From Deinococcales bacterium (GTDB taxonomy: Bacteria > Deinococcota > Deinococci > Deinococcales > JAAFIG01), in the NCBI GenBank assembly GCA_043778225.1, contig JAYWGM010000080.1, forward strand, positions 1 to 64,000: DNA of 64,000 bases, written 5' to 3'. Under the pieces are notes generated by a model. That model searched no databases, was not told where the DNA came from, and saw only the letters and a program-made list of their open reading frames with translations. A program made the position numbers and the translations under genes. Shown piece after piece: positions 8,659 through 18,260 of the stretch (the stretch's first letter is position 1; every line of letters begins with the position of its first letter).

Positions 8659-11352
8659 TTATTTCTCATAGACCACCCCTTCTTCTGAATCCAAGCGAAC
8701 CAGTGTTTTTCCAAATTGGGCAATTCCACCCTCGAGAATCAATGGCATCATGCCTTGCAAAAGTGGTGTTTCCTGCCATGGCAAAGATTTGAAATGCTGT
8801 TTCACGTGCTGCTCTATGCCGTAAACAATTGCTTTGCGCCCTAAGCGCACACTCTGGGCATAAATTTCTTTGGCTGCCTCTAAATCCAATCTGGCTTTGT
8901 CCGAAACTGGTTTTGTTGCATTAGAATCAAGATAAAACGCACCGGCTATCTTAAAAATGGGGACTACCGTAATGCTTTCTTCGCCTTTGCGAGTGCTGAC
9001 TCGTTTTGTTCCAGCCATGACTTCATCTTCGGTACTCGAGCGAAAACCTCGGGTTGGGTCTTCCCAAGATGTATCTTGGGGATTACCAATCACAGCTTGG
9101 GTGGCATCTATGACATTGCGATCTTCCTCGCCTAGCAATAATAAATGGGCTTTCTCGAGGATTTGTTTTAAGTTTTCGTTTAGTTCGCCAAGTGGTGTGT
9201 CGCCGTACACCAGTTGCACCAACGTATCAATGTCATCTGGAAACTCGAGTTGCTGCGTACCCGCTAGGGCTTGCCATGTTCTTAGTAAAATGTATTTAGC
9301 ATAAACAAATTGCCAATGGTTCGTCTCGAGGTCTGGTTGTATTGTGGCATCGGTTAAACCAGCAATAAATAAGACTGGTTCAGTGTGAATTCCTCGGTTG
9401 CCATCATTCACCGAATGCCGATGCAACCGCCCTGCGCGTTGTAACAATAAATCTATTGGAGCTAAGTCTGAAATCATCAGGTCAAAGTCCAAATCAAGGC
9501 TTTGTTCAACCACTTGGGTGGCAATAAGAATGGCTTTTACTGGTCGGTTTGGATTGGCTTTTGAACCTTTTTTACTAAATGCTTCTAAACAAGCCTGTTC
9601 GCGTTTTTGGCGTTCTGCCACAGGAAACCGTGCATGGAAAAGTAAGACAGGAGTTCCAAACTCGTTGTCTTTAAGCAGTCTATACAGTCTTTGAGCGCGG
9701 TCTACTGTGTTGGAAATAAATACAGCACACCCTTGAACTTTGGTCAACTCGAGTAGTGTATCTGCCAGCACTTCGTCTTCTTGATTTAGAGGTTTGATAA
9801 ATACGGTTTTATGACCACTGGCAGGAACATGAACACAAGTGGTTTTTTTGCTCGAGACTTTTGTAATACGCGGGTACGGTTTTGAGTCATGGTTTTCTGA
9901 ACCAAATGCCTCGAGCAGCGCTATCCGTTTCTTTGCGGGTAAAGTCGCGCTCATCACAATAACGCTTGAACCCAAGGCAAAAAGCCATTGCACCAACGTT
10001 TCAATCAGTGAACCTGTGTATGTGTCGTAAGCATGAACTTCGTCGAGAACAACGACACGGTTGCCCAATCCCCAAAGTCTGACAAATTGGTGCTTAACAT
10101 TCAGTACACCCAAGAGCGCTTGGTCTACTGTGCCAACCCCGTACTCGGATAATAATGCACGTTTACGATGTGAAAAATAAGCTCGAGCCACCACAAGTTC
10201 TTCGGGTTTATCGGCAATGTCCTTGATGACAATATCTTGGTATTCTGCTTTTAATAACGTTGCACCATGCAGCAACTGCAAATCCAAGCGTGAGGCTCGA
10301 GCTTCGCCAAATTGCTTTAAGAAGTCTTGGGTACGGTTAAACATCGCGTTTCCTGTGGCTTGGGTTGGCAACGCCACATACATTCCACGATGTCCATTCA
10401 GACGTTGTAATTCGAGGTGCGCGTACAAGGCAAGCTCGGTTTTCCCTTCGCCCATTGGTGCTTCGACAATCAACAGCGTGGGTGAAGTTACACCTTTAAG
10501 TAAATCAACTATGGCTATCTGTAGCGCTCGAGGATAGAACACAGCCTCTGGTTCAACCAAATAAGAAAAGGTTTTTTCAAGAGATTGTTTTTTGTCAATG
10601 AGCGGTTCTCGAGCCGACCAACCTACTTTATCCAAAGCAATTCGAGCGCGTTTTTTAGCCAGTAAAAAATAAGTTTCCACGGCTTCAAATTGGGCAAACG
10701 GTAGGCTTGAACCTATCCAATCGGCAAAACTGGTCAGTCCCGCAAGGCGCTGGAATGCTCCTGCTGTTAGAAAATCTGAGTTAGGGGTACTTTGTATATT
10801 GAGTGCTTCCAGTACCGCTTCAAATAATTCTGTTCTCACATTTGCCCATTGAACACCGCCATTTTCGGCTCGAGTATCCGCTTTACCCAATAAACCTGCT
10901 TCAACTCGCCAACCGTGATGAGCGCCAACCGCATCCGCCGCTAGTCGGGCTGCGCGTAAAGACCAACCTCGAGTTGGCAACAATCGACATAATTCCAGTT
11001 GCGACACTGCACTGTGCGGAACGTCATCTGGGGGTTTGGTTTGATTGTTATTCCAAGGTAGGTATTCTTTAACTCTTTCGCGCCCACCCTCCCATTTTTG
11101 TTGAAAAGCAGGACTGGCTTTACCAAGGTCATGTAAACCAACCAAAGCACAAACCCAAGGCTTGGTTTGGTCTAGCTCGAGACCAAAATCTATTGCAAAT
11201 AACTGAATTGTGCTAACTGGTTCACGCTCGAGAATCTCCCATGCACAAGCTGCTACATCGAGTAAATGAGCAATTACCGAATGCCCATCAGGAGGGTCAG
11301 TCTCAAGTTTAGGGCTTTTCGCCCAGAGTGCTTTGGCTGCTTCGGATAACAT
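8659..11352 (-). CDS. cas3: Cas3 HD nuclease-helicase
   Basis: LWAKS, HLLDV, LHDLGKAS, ADWIGS; APMGEGKTE, DEVHAYD, ATQVVEQSLDLDFD, QRAGRLHRH. Confidence 0.98.
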   Translation of the reverse strand: MLSEAAKALWAKSPKLETDPPDGHSVIAHLLDVAACAWEILEREPVSTIQLFAIDFGLELDQTKPWVCALVGLHDLGKASPAFQQKWEGGRERVKEYLPWNNNQTKPPDDVPHSAVSQLELCRLLPTRGWSLRAARLAADAVGAHHGWRVEAGLLGKADTRAENGGVQWANVRTELFEAVLEALNIQSTPNSDFLTAGAFQRLAGLTSFADWIGSSLPFAQFEAVETYFLLAKKRARIALDKVGWSAREPLIDKKQSLEKTFSYLVEPEAVFYPRALQIAIVDLLKGVTSPTLLIVEAPMGEGKTELALYAHLELQRLNGHRGMYVALPTQATGNAMFNRTQDFLKQFGEARASRLDLQLLHGATLLKAEYQDIVIKDIADKPEELVVARAYFSHRKRALLSEYGVGTVDQALLGVLNVKHQFVRLWGLGNRVVVLDEVHAYDTYTGSLIETLVQWLFALGSSVIVMSATLPAKKRIALLEAFGSENHDSKPYPRITKVSSKKTTCVHVPASGHKTVFIKPLNQEDEVLADTLLELTKVQGCAVFISNTVDRAQRLYRLLKDNEFGTPVLLFHARFPVAERQKREQACLEAFSKKGSKANPNRPVKAILIATQVVEQSLDLDFDLMISDLAPIDLLLQRAGRLHRHSVNDGNRGIHTEPVLFIAGLTDATIQPDLETNHWQFVYAKYILLRTWQALAGTQQLEFPDDIDTLVQLVYGDTPLGELNENLKQILEKAHLLLLGEEDRNVIDATQAVIGNPQDTSWEDPTRGFRSSTEDEVMAGTKRVSTRKGEESITVVPIFKIAGAFYLDSNATKPVSDKARLDLEAAKEIYAQSVRLGRKAIVYGIEQHVKQHFKSLPWQETPLLQGMMPLILEGGIAQFGKTLVRLDSEEGVVYEK

Positions 11353-12344
11353 TATGCACCTCCAAATTTTTCAATCACATCTCGAGCTTCTTTTAACCAA
11401 AGCTCGCGCAGAAAAAGCGGCTCGAGAATTTCAACATTTGCACCCCAACCTCGAATAAATGGCATCAGTTCTACAGGTATACCCGCGTTATTCACCCCTG
11501 TTTGAATGGTCATAATCAGGTTGTTATCATCATCACTTTCTAGCCTTAACACACCCGGTAAGCGCCGATGCTCGAGCCAGCGCCGTACACTGGCGTTGAA
11601 TTTAAGCCTGACAATAATTGGTTTGCGGTCTCCGATTACACCCCAAGCATTTGAAAGGTAGGCTTGTGGGTCAAAATCCTCGGGGATGCTGTACTGCTCG
11701 TTTAGTGGTGTAACCCCTTGCATCAAAGACAGTAAATAGGTGCGGACTTCATAGGGCGGGTGATTGGTTCTGCGTCCGATGACATAAATCTCGAAGTTGC
11801 TTCTGGAAATTTCGACCAGATAAATCTCGAGATTATTGCGCCGGTCTTTTTGACTGGTACTGCTCAAAGCAAGGTATTCAAAAGTGATGGCTCGGCGTTG
11901 TGTCCAGCAGTTAGCAATCTTCTCGAATTGCGAGAATTTCTCGTCTGTGCCTTGGTTATTGGGTAAGGATAATTGGGCTATTTTTTGTAATTCAATGGGC
12001 ATCTGCGGGGTAATTTTCTCGAGTGCATTGCGGTAACTTTGCGGTGGGTTGCTGGTGTGATGAAAAAGTAAACGCAAGGCAATATGAGTGACCAGCGCTT
12101 CATCAGCTTTTAGTTGCGGCAGGGCTTCTCGAGTTAAGGTGTAGGTTTGAGGGCGTTTGTTATCGGCTTCAATATCGTTTCCCTGAGCGCGTAAATCTTC
12201 AAAATCACGCAGGATGGCTCGATGACTGGCTTTGTCATGCACAATTTTGAGCCGTTGGCAGATTTCTTCAATGCTGCGTGATTTGGTACGCAGCATTTCA
12301 AGCACTTCCTGAACGCGCAGCGTCTTTTTTCGGGTTACTTTCAT
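11352..12344 (-). CDS. HTH-WYL-WCX transcriptional regulator translationally coupled to cas3
   Basis: N-terminal HTH (RAILRDFEDL), WYL-like core, FDPQAYLSNAWGV, GWGANVEILEP; start at ATG 12344 after GGAG; stop overlaps the cas3 ATG. Confidence 0.9.
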   Translation of the reverse strand: MKVTRKKTLRVQEVLEMLRTKSRSIEEICQRLKIVHDKASHRAILRDFEDLRAQGNDIEADNKRPQTYTLTREALPQLKADEALVTHIALRLLFHHTSNPPQSYRNALEKITPQMPIELQKIAQLSLPNNQGTDEKFSQFEKIANCWTQRRAITFEYLALSSTSQKDRRNNLEIYLVEISRSNFEIYVIGRRTNHPPYEVRTYLLSLMQGVTPLNEQYSIPEDFDPQAYLSNAWGVIGDRKPIIVRLKFNASVRRWLEHRRLPGVLRLESDDDNNLIMTIQTGVNNAGIPVELMPFIRGWGANVEILEPLFLRELWLKEARDVIEKFGGA

Positions 12345-12453
12345 GGGTTTCTCCAAATGGTTCATTGACACGACAATACTCGAGACCCGTCGCCTGATGG
12401 TCGCATCTAATGATAATTTAAGTTTACACACTGATAATCTGAGTGTACTTAAC

Positions 12454-14112
12454 TCAATTCAAGTCGCGTGGTTGATGCTCAAAAGACCGTATTCGCTCGA
12501 GTACCCATTCTTCATTTACACCTGTCATAAACACCGAAACGCTTTCGCCATTGTCTCTTGCTTGTCGCACATCGTACTGCCAAGTGCTGTTTAGGTCGAG
12601 GCTGTAGACCCCACCTTGTTGTTGAATACTCTCTTGCCAACCTAGTGCTTCTCGCAAAGACACCACCGCTTTTGAAATCAGTTTTTGTTTAGCTCGAGCC
12701 TCGGTCTTGGTGGTATTTGGGTAGAAATCAAGCAGCAATTGACGGGCGCTGCGTGACCCTTGATGCTCAAGCAGTAAGACCAATAATTGGGCAGCACGAT
12801 TGGTTGGATTGAGGCTGAGGCGACGCTGATTGATACTGATTTGCAATGTTCCTCTGGCTTTTACTTGGATTTGGAAACGTGAATTGGTTTGGATTAGTGT
12901 TGGTAAGGTGATGTTCATACTGACCAAGAGGGCTTGAAGTTTTGGGAAGGCTATCAGTTCATCGCGTCCCCAGAGGCTATGCCAACGTACTTTTTTAGCG
13001 TACTCGAGCGCGAGGTTCGGATTTTGATGTCGGCGGGCTATTTCGGCATAAATAATCTGACGGCGTTCTTCATCCTCACCACCGCCTTGCCATTGCTCGA
13101 GGGCGTGTTGGGCAGTTTCTACATTTCCATTGGCAAGCCGTGCTGCCGCTAAGTCTGGGTAAATCGTTAAGGGATGGTGGTGTTTCTTTTGGATGGCTAA
13201 GGCTTTTTGTAAGTAAGGCAGGGCTTGGCTAGGATTACCTTGTAAGCGCAGGGTATGACCGATGCCACGCTGGGCTTGGATTTCATCAAATGGTTCTTTG
13301 GCTAGTTTTAAGGCTTTTTTATAAGCAAAAATAGCTCGTTGGTATTCACCTGCGGCTCGCCACGATAAACCAAAACCACGCCATGCTTGTGATAAAAACA
13401 TTTTGGCATCTGGATGTAAGGCTCGTTTTAGGAGTTGGGCATAGTACGTTTCAGCTTCCTCGAGTTTAAGTTCTCTGACACAGGATAAACCTAGGTTAGC
13501 CATGATTTTAGCTTCATAAAAAGCATCGGTTGTAAAAAATGATTTGGCTATTGCCCAGTGTTCTCGAGCCATTGCCCCTTGAAGTTCTAATTCAAGCGCT
13601 CTTCCCCATTCAAAATGCACCAAACCAGTCTGTCGCCCAGTGGTGTGCTTGGCTGCCCGTTCAAAAGCCTGTTGCCAGTTAGGTAAACCAAGTTCATAAC
13701 TGGCTTCGGCAAGCACCCGATGTGCCAAGTCGTGACGGAAATCTGTTTCTAAAGCAGCTTGGGCTTGCTCGAGTGCCGCGATGGGCTTTGAGCAGCGCAA
13801 CAAGGCAAGGGCATGAAGGGCTAAGGCTTGTGGTGGGGTTGGTATTATGGTCTCGAGGACACCCAAGGCTTTTTCAAAAGCTCGAGCGCAAAGCAGTAAC
13901 TCTGCGAAAACCAATTGATTTTGCTGGGTGCGGGGCAGATGGTTTTCTATCGGCTCGAGAATTCGCACAAAATCCTGATGTTGTTGAAGATTACGGGCTA
14001 AACGCAGTACAGAAGGCAATGATTGTGCCAAGGCAAACCAGTTTTTTGTCTGAATCAATTTTTTGCATTGACTAAAATACTCATTCCATTGAAGACTGGT
14101 ACTGATTCGCAT
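12454..14112 (-). CDS. TPR-repeat protein with C-terminal winged-helix-like (SARP/AfsR-type) domain
   Basis: Multiple TPR helices (AIFAYKKALKLA, ALPYLQKALAI), then IQVKARGTLQISINQ..AAQLLVLLL..VSLREALG; leaderless TACACT upstream. Confidence 0.75.
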   Translation of the reverse strand: MRISTSLQWNEYFSQCKKLIQTKNWFALAQSLPSVLRLARNLQQHQDFVRILEPIENHLPRTQQNQLVFAELLLCARAFEKALGVLETIIPTPPQALALHALALLRCSKPIAALEQAQAALETDFRHDLAHRVLAEASYELGLPNWQQAFERAAKHTTGRQTGLVHFEWGRALELELQGAMAREHWAIAKSFFTTDAFYEAKIMANLGLSCVRELKLEEAETYYAQLLKRALHPDAKMFLSQAWRGFGLSWRAAGEYQRAIFAYKKALKLAKEPFDEIQAQRGIGHTLRLQGNPSQALPYLQKALAIQKKHHHPLTIYPDLAAARLANGNVETAQHALEQWQGGGEDEERRQIIYAEIARRHQNPNLALEYAKKVRWHSLWGRDELIAFPKLQALLVSMNITLPTLIQTNSRFQIQVKARGTLQISINQRRLSLNPTNRAAQLLVLLLEHQGSRSARQLLLDFYPNTTKTEARAKQKLISKAVVSLREALGWQESIQQQGGVYSLDLNSTWQYDVRQARDNGESVSVFMTGVNEEWVLERIRSFEHQPRDLN

Positions 14113-14121
14113 GATTGGTAG

Positions 14122-14153
14122 TGTAGCGCCAAAAGTAAGCTCTTGGCGCTACA
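14122..14153 (-). terminator. Hairpin after the peptide gene, overlapping the -10 box of the TPR gene
   Basis: TGTAGCGCCAA-N10-TTGGCGCTACA perfect 11-bp stem. Confidence 0.65.
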
Positions 14154-14161
14154 GTGTGGCA

Positions 14162-14296
14162 TTAACCGCCAGAGCCACCACCAGGGTCATCCCCAGCCAT
14201 CAACACAGGGGTAGGGTTGGAGATGACTGTATTTGGAACTGCCACCACCGCTAAGAGGAACACCGCGACCAGAACTTGAACGACACGCTTGAACAT
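14162..14296 (-). CDS. 44-aa putative secreted peptide precursor MFKRVVQVLVAVFLLAVVAVPNTVISNPTPVLMAGDDPGGGSGG
   Basis: Below the ORF-track cutoff; translated by hand. AAAGGAG RBS, basic N-terminus plus hydrophobic core, downstream hairpin. Confidence 0.75.
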   Translation of the reverse strand: MFKRVVQVLVAVFLLAVVAVPNTVISNPTPVLMAGDDPGGGSGG

Positions 14297-14450
14297 AAAA
14301 ACTCCTTTCGAGTGGCTGTAAAACCGCTCGAAGGTGAGTTTCGTTGGCTAGTGCGTCAAATCGTGACGTGGTAAAAATACCCCTTGGGATACTGGTCGTA
14401 TCTGGGGCATTGAATTAACAACATCATTTGGTTAGCTTGGATTCAAGCCT

Positions 14451-14675
14451 TTATTTCTTGACTTCTTCAAAGACTGGTACATCGCCTAGCAATGGCTCGA
14501 GTCCAGCGTATCGGCGTTGCCAATGCTCGAGTCGGGCGTGTTCGGATTGGCTGGGCATAACCGCAAGATTATCGGGGCTGTTATCGGTCTTATCCCCATT
14601 TTTGTGATGCACCACTTCTCGAGGCTCGAGGTCACGCCCCGTTCTGGTTGCAATACTTTTGGCTCGAGCAAAGTG
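14451..14675 (-). pseudogene. HNH endonuclease fragment (HNH_3-like) without its own ATG
   Basis: Hand translation ...GRDLEPREVVHHKNGDKTDNSPDNLAVMPSQSEHARLEH...KK*; in frame directly after the cupin TAG. Confidence 0.75.
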
Positions 14676-15113
14676 CTACAAGAATTGCAGTCCGTAATGC
14701 TGCCCGAGGGCTTGGATTTGCTGCGCCGAGGCTCGAGTTTCAAGAAGTTCTTGTAAGTCCAAAAAATACTGGGCTAAACCGCCAGGATTTAAGATAAGAA
14801 TAGCTCGAGCCTCTAAAGAATTGGTGTTGGAAAAACAATGCACAGCCTTAGGTTCGATGGTTACGGTCTGACCAGCCGTAGCGACAAGGGTTTGATTGTT
14901 GATTACAAAATTTATTTCTCCGTGCAGTACCACAAAAGTTTCTCGTTCTCGAGTATGAAAATGCAAATCACTATTCGCGCCAGCCCCAAGGCTTATCTCA
15001 AGGATACTTAAATCATCAGTCAAGAGCTTAATCTCGAGTTGAATTGCGCCTAAGTTGATTTTTAGCCACTTTTGGTCATTTTTTGGTGCTGGAATCATAC
15101 CTAAGCGTAGCAA
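14676..15113 (-). CDS. Cupin-domain protein
   Basis: LHFHTRERETFVVLHGEI..TAGQTVTIEPKAVHCFSN cupin motifs. Confidence 0.85.
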   Translation of the reverse strand: MLRLGMIPAPKNDQKWLKINLGAIQLEIKLLTDDLSILEISLGAGANSDLHFHTRERETFVVLHGEINFVINNQTLVATAGQTVTIEPKAVHCFSNTNSLEARAILILNPGGLAQYFLDLQELLETRASAQQIQALGQHYGLQFL

Positions 15114-15156
15114 AAAACTATGGACTGATGCGTCGTGCTATCAGTGCAATCTCACC

Positions 15157-15429
15157 TCTGATGCCACTGGATTAACCACCGCCGCCATAACAGGCTTGAA
15201 ACCAAAAAACTGGTAAACGCACCCGACACCCAACAGACCGAAGGCAAATTATTCTCGAGCCACTGCCCGAAGCCAAAAAAAAGTAGCCGCCCTGTACGAA
15301 CCGCTCAGACAAGGTATGATGACCTTGACTAATTCGTACAGCGATGAGCAATTAGCCATCATTGCTGATTATCTCGAGCGAGCCACAACGGTGATTGTTG
15401 AAGCAACCGAGCAACTTAAAGAAATCTAA
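15157..15429 (+). pseudogene. Frameshifted MarR-family regulator remnant
   Basis: Fragments in different frames: ATGLTTAAITG / LETKKLV / RHPTDRRQIILEPL / VAALYEPLRQGMMTLTNSYSDEQLAIIADYLERAT. Confidence 0.7.
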
Positions 15430-15456
15430 AAACTCGAGCCTAGGATTAACTATTTT

Positions 15457-16173
15457 ATGCCTACCTTTGAACTGGACTACTTAAATCCCGATTCCGATTT
15501 TGTGGAAAGCATTTGGCGTTCAGAAAGCGAGGAGGCAGGGTCATTTACTTCAGTAGCAACTACGCGGTCTGAAATGGTTTTCACACGGCATCAGGGTGTG
15601 ACTACCCTGCATTTGCGAGGACCAGAAACCAAAGCGACCTTAGCCGATGCTCCAGCCAATGCAGAATTCTTTGGAATTACTTTCAAACTTGGGGTGTTTA
15701 TTCCAGATTTACCGCCAATTGCACTGGTAGACCAACATCCTAGGCTGACCCTAGCTACCAAGCAATCGTTTTGGCTTGGAGACCAGCAGGTTGCCTTACC
15801 GCAATTTAGCCAAGCCAATGATTTTATACAACACTTAGAACGCCAGAAATTGATTGGCTATGAACCACTGGTGGATATGATATTGCTTGGGCAACTCGAG
15901 AAAACAAGGATCAATCCAAGAACTTTGCAACGTCGTTTTCAGTATGCCACGGGTTTATCACACCGTACTGTCAAACAAATCGAACGCGCTCGAATTGCTT
16001 TGGGTTTGCTCGAGTCTGGCGTACCGATTTTTGACGTGATTCACGAATTAGAATTTACTGACCAACCGCATCTAACCAAAACCTTAAAAGAACTGATTGG
16101 CTTAACCCCAGCCCGAATTGCCAGCATGGAATTGATTCATTCTCAACTCTCGAAACAAGAATTAAAGAGATGA
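15457..16173 (+). CDS. AraC-family transcriptional regulator
   Basis: PRTLQRRFQYATGLS..FTDQPHLTKTLKELIGLTP. Confidence 0.9.
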   Translation: MPTFELDYLNPDSDFVESIWRSESEEAGSFTSVATTRSEMVFTRHQGVTTLHLRGPETKATLADAPANAEFFGITFKLGVFIPDLPPIALVDQHPRLTLATKQSFWLGDQQVALPQFSQANDFIQHLERQKLIGYEPLVDMILLGQLEKTRINPRTLQRRFQYATGLSHRTVKQIERARIALGLLESGVPIFDVIHELEFTDQPHLTKTLKELIGLTPARIASMELIHSQLSKQELKR

Positions 16174-16258
16174 ATGTCGTTTTGATACAAGACGCAAAGC
16201 AACCACATCAATATACTTTTCCTTGAGGGTAAAACAACCTCAACCAAGGAGAACAATC

Positions 16259-16825
16259 ATGCGAACATTAAAACTGCAAGTACAAATCTCGGTGGATGGC
16301 TTTATCACTGGCTTAAATAACGAAATGGATTGGATGGAGTTCAATTGGGGCGATGACGCAAAAAAATATGTTGATGATTTAACAAAATCCGTGGATTGTA
16401 TTGTTCTTGGGCGTAAACTTGCCCAAGGATTCATTCCGCACTGGGCAGCCGTGGCAGCTAATCCAGAGAACCCCGAAGTTTTGGCTGGACGCAAACTTAC
16501 CGACACACCAAAAGTCGTGTTTTCTAAAACCCTAAAAGAATCAGTTTGGGAAAATACTGTGGTTGCCAATGGCGATTTACTCGAGGAAATTAGTCGCTTA
16601 AAGCAACTGAATGGTTCGGATATAATTGTCTATGGTGGTGCGACCTTTGTTTCAGCCTTAATTAAGGCTGGTCTGATTGACGAACTGCATTTGTTTGTTA
16701 ATCCTGCGGCAATCGGACAGGGGAAACCTATTTTTGCCGAGTTGCAAGCCAAGCAAAATTTGAAATTACAAAAAGCCACTGCCTTTGATTGTGGGATTGT
16801 GGTTCTGCATTACACCTTAAATTAG
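16259..16825 (+). CDS. Dihydrofolate reductase / RibD C-terminal family protein
   Basis: MRTLKLQVQISVDGFI, VLGRK, YGGATFVSALIKAGLIDELHLFVNP; AAGGAG RBS. Confidence 0.9.
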   Translation: MRTLKLQVQISVDGFITGLNNEMDWMEFNWGDDAKKYVDDLTKSVDCIVLGRKLAQGFIPHWAAVAANPENPEVLAGRKLTDTPKVVFSKTLKESVWENTVVANGDLLEEISRLKQLNGSDIIVYGGATFVSALIKAGLIDELHLFVNPAAIGQGKPIFAELQAKQNLKLQKATAFDCGIVVLHYTLN

Positions 16826-16832
16826 TGGGTTT

Positions 16833-16880
16833 CGAGGAAAAACTTGTGTCACACGAAGATAGCACAGGTTTTTTCTCGAG
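16833..16880. terminator. Stem-loop between convergent genes
   Basis: TCGAGGAAAAACTTGTG...CACAGGTTTTTTCTCGA imperfect inverted repeat. Confidence 0.5.
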
Positions 16881-16917
16881 CCACCTTTCATACCGAATTA
16901 ACATCATCGCTCATCAT

Positions 16918-17748
16918 TCAGTAGACCGCCGCACCAACCAAGCCAGCATCTGCCCCTAACTCGGCTTTAACGACCTCGAGTTTTGACCACGGCTGCCCAA
17001 AACGCAACAAATGGGCTTGAACCCGCTCGAGATACCCTGTTGCCAGCCCAAGCCCGCCGCCAATTGCCGCCCGTTCAATCCCCAGAATTGCCCGTAAATT
17101 TGCCAAAAGTCGCGCCACTCGTGCTGCACTATCCTCGAGATTTGTAAGGGCGATAACCTCTCCTCTATTGGCTCGAGTGACGAGTTCCTTTGTTCCATCC
17201 CAAGCGTGTTCTCGAGCAATTTTATCGAGTGCCGACCCACTTGCCAAATACTCGAGCGGTATGTTGGCATCGGTCAGGGTAAAGCCAAATTCGGCATGGA
17301 GTCCGTGTGGCGTTAAATGCAGGTTTGAATTGATGATTAAGCCACCGCCAATACCCGTCGAGACCGTCACAAAGGTAAAATCTCTTGTGCCACGCCCAGC
17401 CCCAAGCACAAATTCGCCCCATGCCGCCGCATCGGCATCGTTGAGGACTTTGGTCTCGAGCGTGGTGCGCTGCTTGAGCCATGCCGCTACATTTACGCCA
17501 TCGTGCCAATTGTGCAGCGTTTGGTTATTGAGGGCAGTCACCACGCCATTGGCAACACTGCCACAAGCTGCAACGCGAATGGCTCGAGCCGAGGACAGCT
17601 TAGGGCGTAAAAGTTCAAGGCAAGCCGTTAAAAGACTTTCGGGTGTTCGGTCGGTTGGCGTTGGGGTTTCTGAACGCTCGAGCAGTTGTGTACCATCCCA
17701 GAGGGCAGCCGAGAGTTTTGTACCGCCAATATCAAGGGTGAGAATCAT
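16918..17748 (-). CDS. ROK-family sugar kinase
   Basis: LDIGGTK, LNDADAAAWGE, VSTGIGGG, AGLVGAA. Confidence 0.92.
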   Translation of the reverse strand: MILTLDIGGTKLSAALWDGTQLLERSETPTPTDRTPESLLTACLELLRPKLSSARAIRVAACGSVANGVVTALNNQTLHNWHDGVNVAAWLKQRTTLETKVLNDADAAAWGEFVLGAGRGTRDFTFVTVSTGIGGGLIINSNLHLTPHGLHAEFGFTLTDANIPLEYLASGSALDKIAREHAWDGTKELVTRANRGEVIALTNLEDSAARVARLLANLRAILGIERAAIGGGLGLATGYLERVQAHLLRFGQPWSKLEVVKAELGADAGLVGAAVY

Positions 17749-17927
17749 AAATTTAGCTCAAATCCCGAATAATCTTTTTCGCAATAAGTTTCGTTGATTT
17801 CACGATGGCGTGGCACGGCTTGCAGAACACCCGTCCGCGGATTGACATACCAATCATGATTTCCACCATGTCGTAACAATCCACAACCCATAGACTCGAG
17901 CATACGAATGAGGTCGCGTTGTTTCAC
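17745..17927 (-). CDS. hicA: HicA-like toxin, C-terminus apparently frameshifted
   Basis: MKQRDLIRMLESMGCGLLRHGGNHDWY..VPRHREINE; the expected LIAKKIIRDLS* ending lies in another frame. Confidence 0.8.
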   Translation of the reverse strand: MKQRDLIRMLESMGCGLLRHGGNHDWYVNPRTGVLQAVPRHREINETYCEKDYSGFELNL

Positions 17928-18118
17928 GCCAAAACCAATTCTTCGACTTTGCGAACTCCTGGTAATTCTCCACTGGTCAAATCAAGATACAAGGAACGCA
18001 GCATTTCACGTAATTCTTCAAGTGATTCACCTTGCGTCCAGTAATCTGGATAGCTTTCAAAATAACCAAGCCAGTGGGTTTTATCAAACCAATAGACAAT
18101 TCGAGCAGAAGGTTGCAT
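17924..18118 (-). CDS. hicB: HicB-like antitoxin
   Basis: WLGYFESYPDYWTQGESLEELREML; overlaps the hicA start. Confidence 0.85.
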   Translation of the reverse strand: MQPSARIVYWFDKTHWLGYFESYPDYWTQGESLEELREMLRSLYLDLTSGELPGVRKVEELVLA

Positions 18119-18260
18119 GACTCGAGTTTAGCAAAAAATTCGACCATTGAAGTTTGAGCCATTCTGATAAAACCATAATAGACCTTAGCTTGTATGCAGC
18201 GTGAGTTTTTACCCAAGATATTGTATGCTGCCAAGCGAGTACGACACTCTGGAATTTTAG

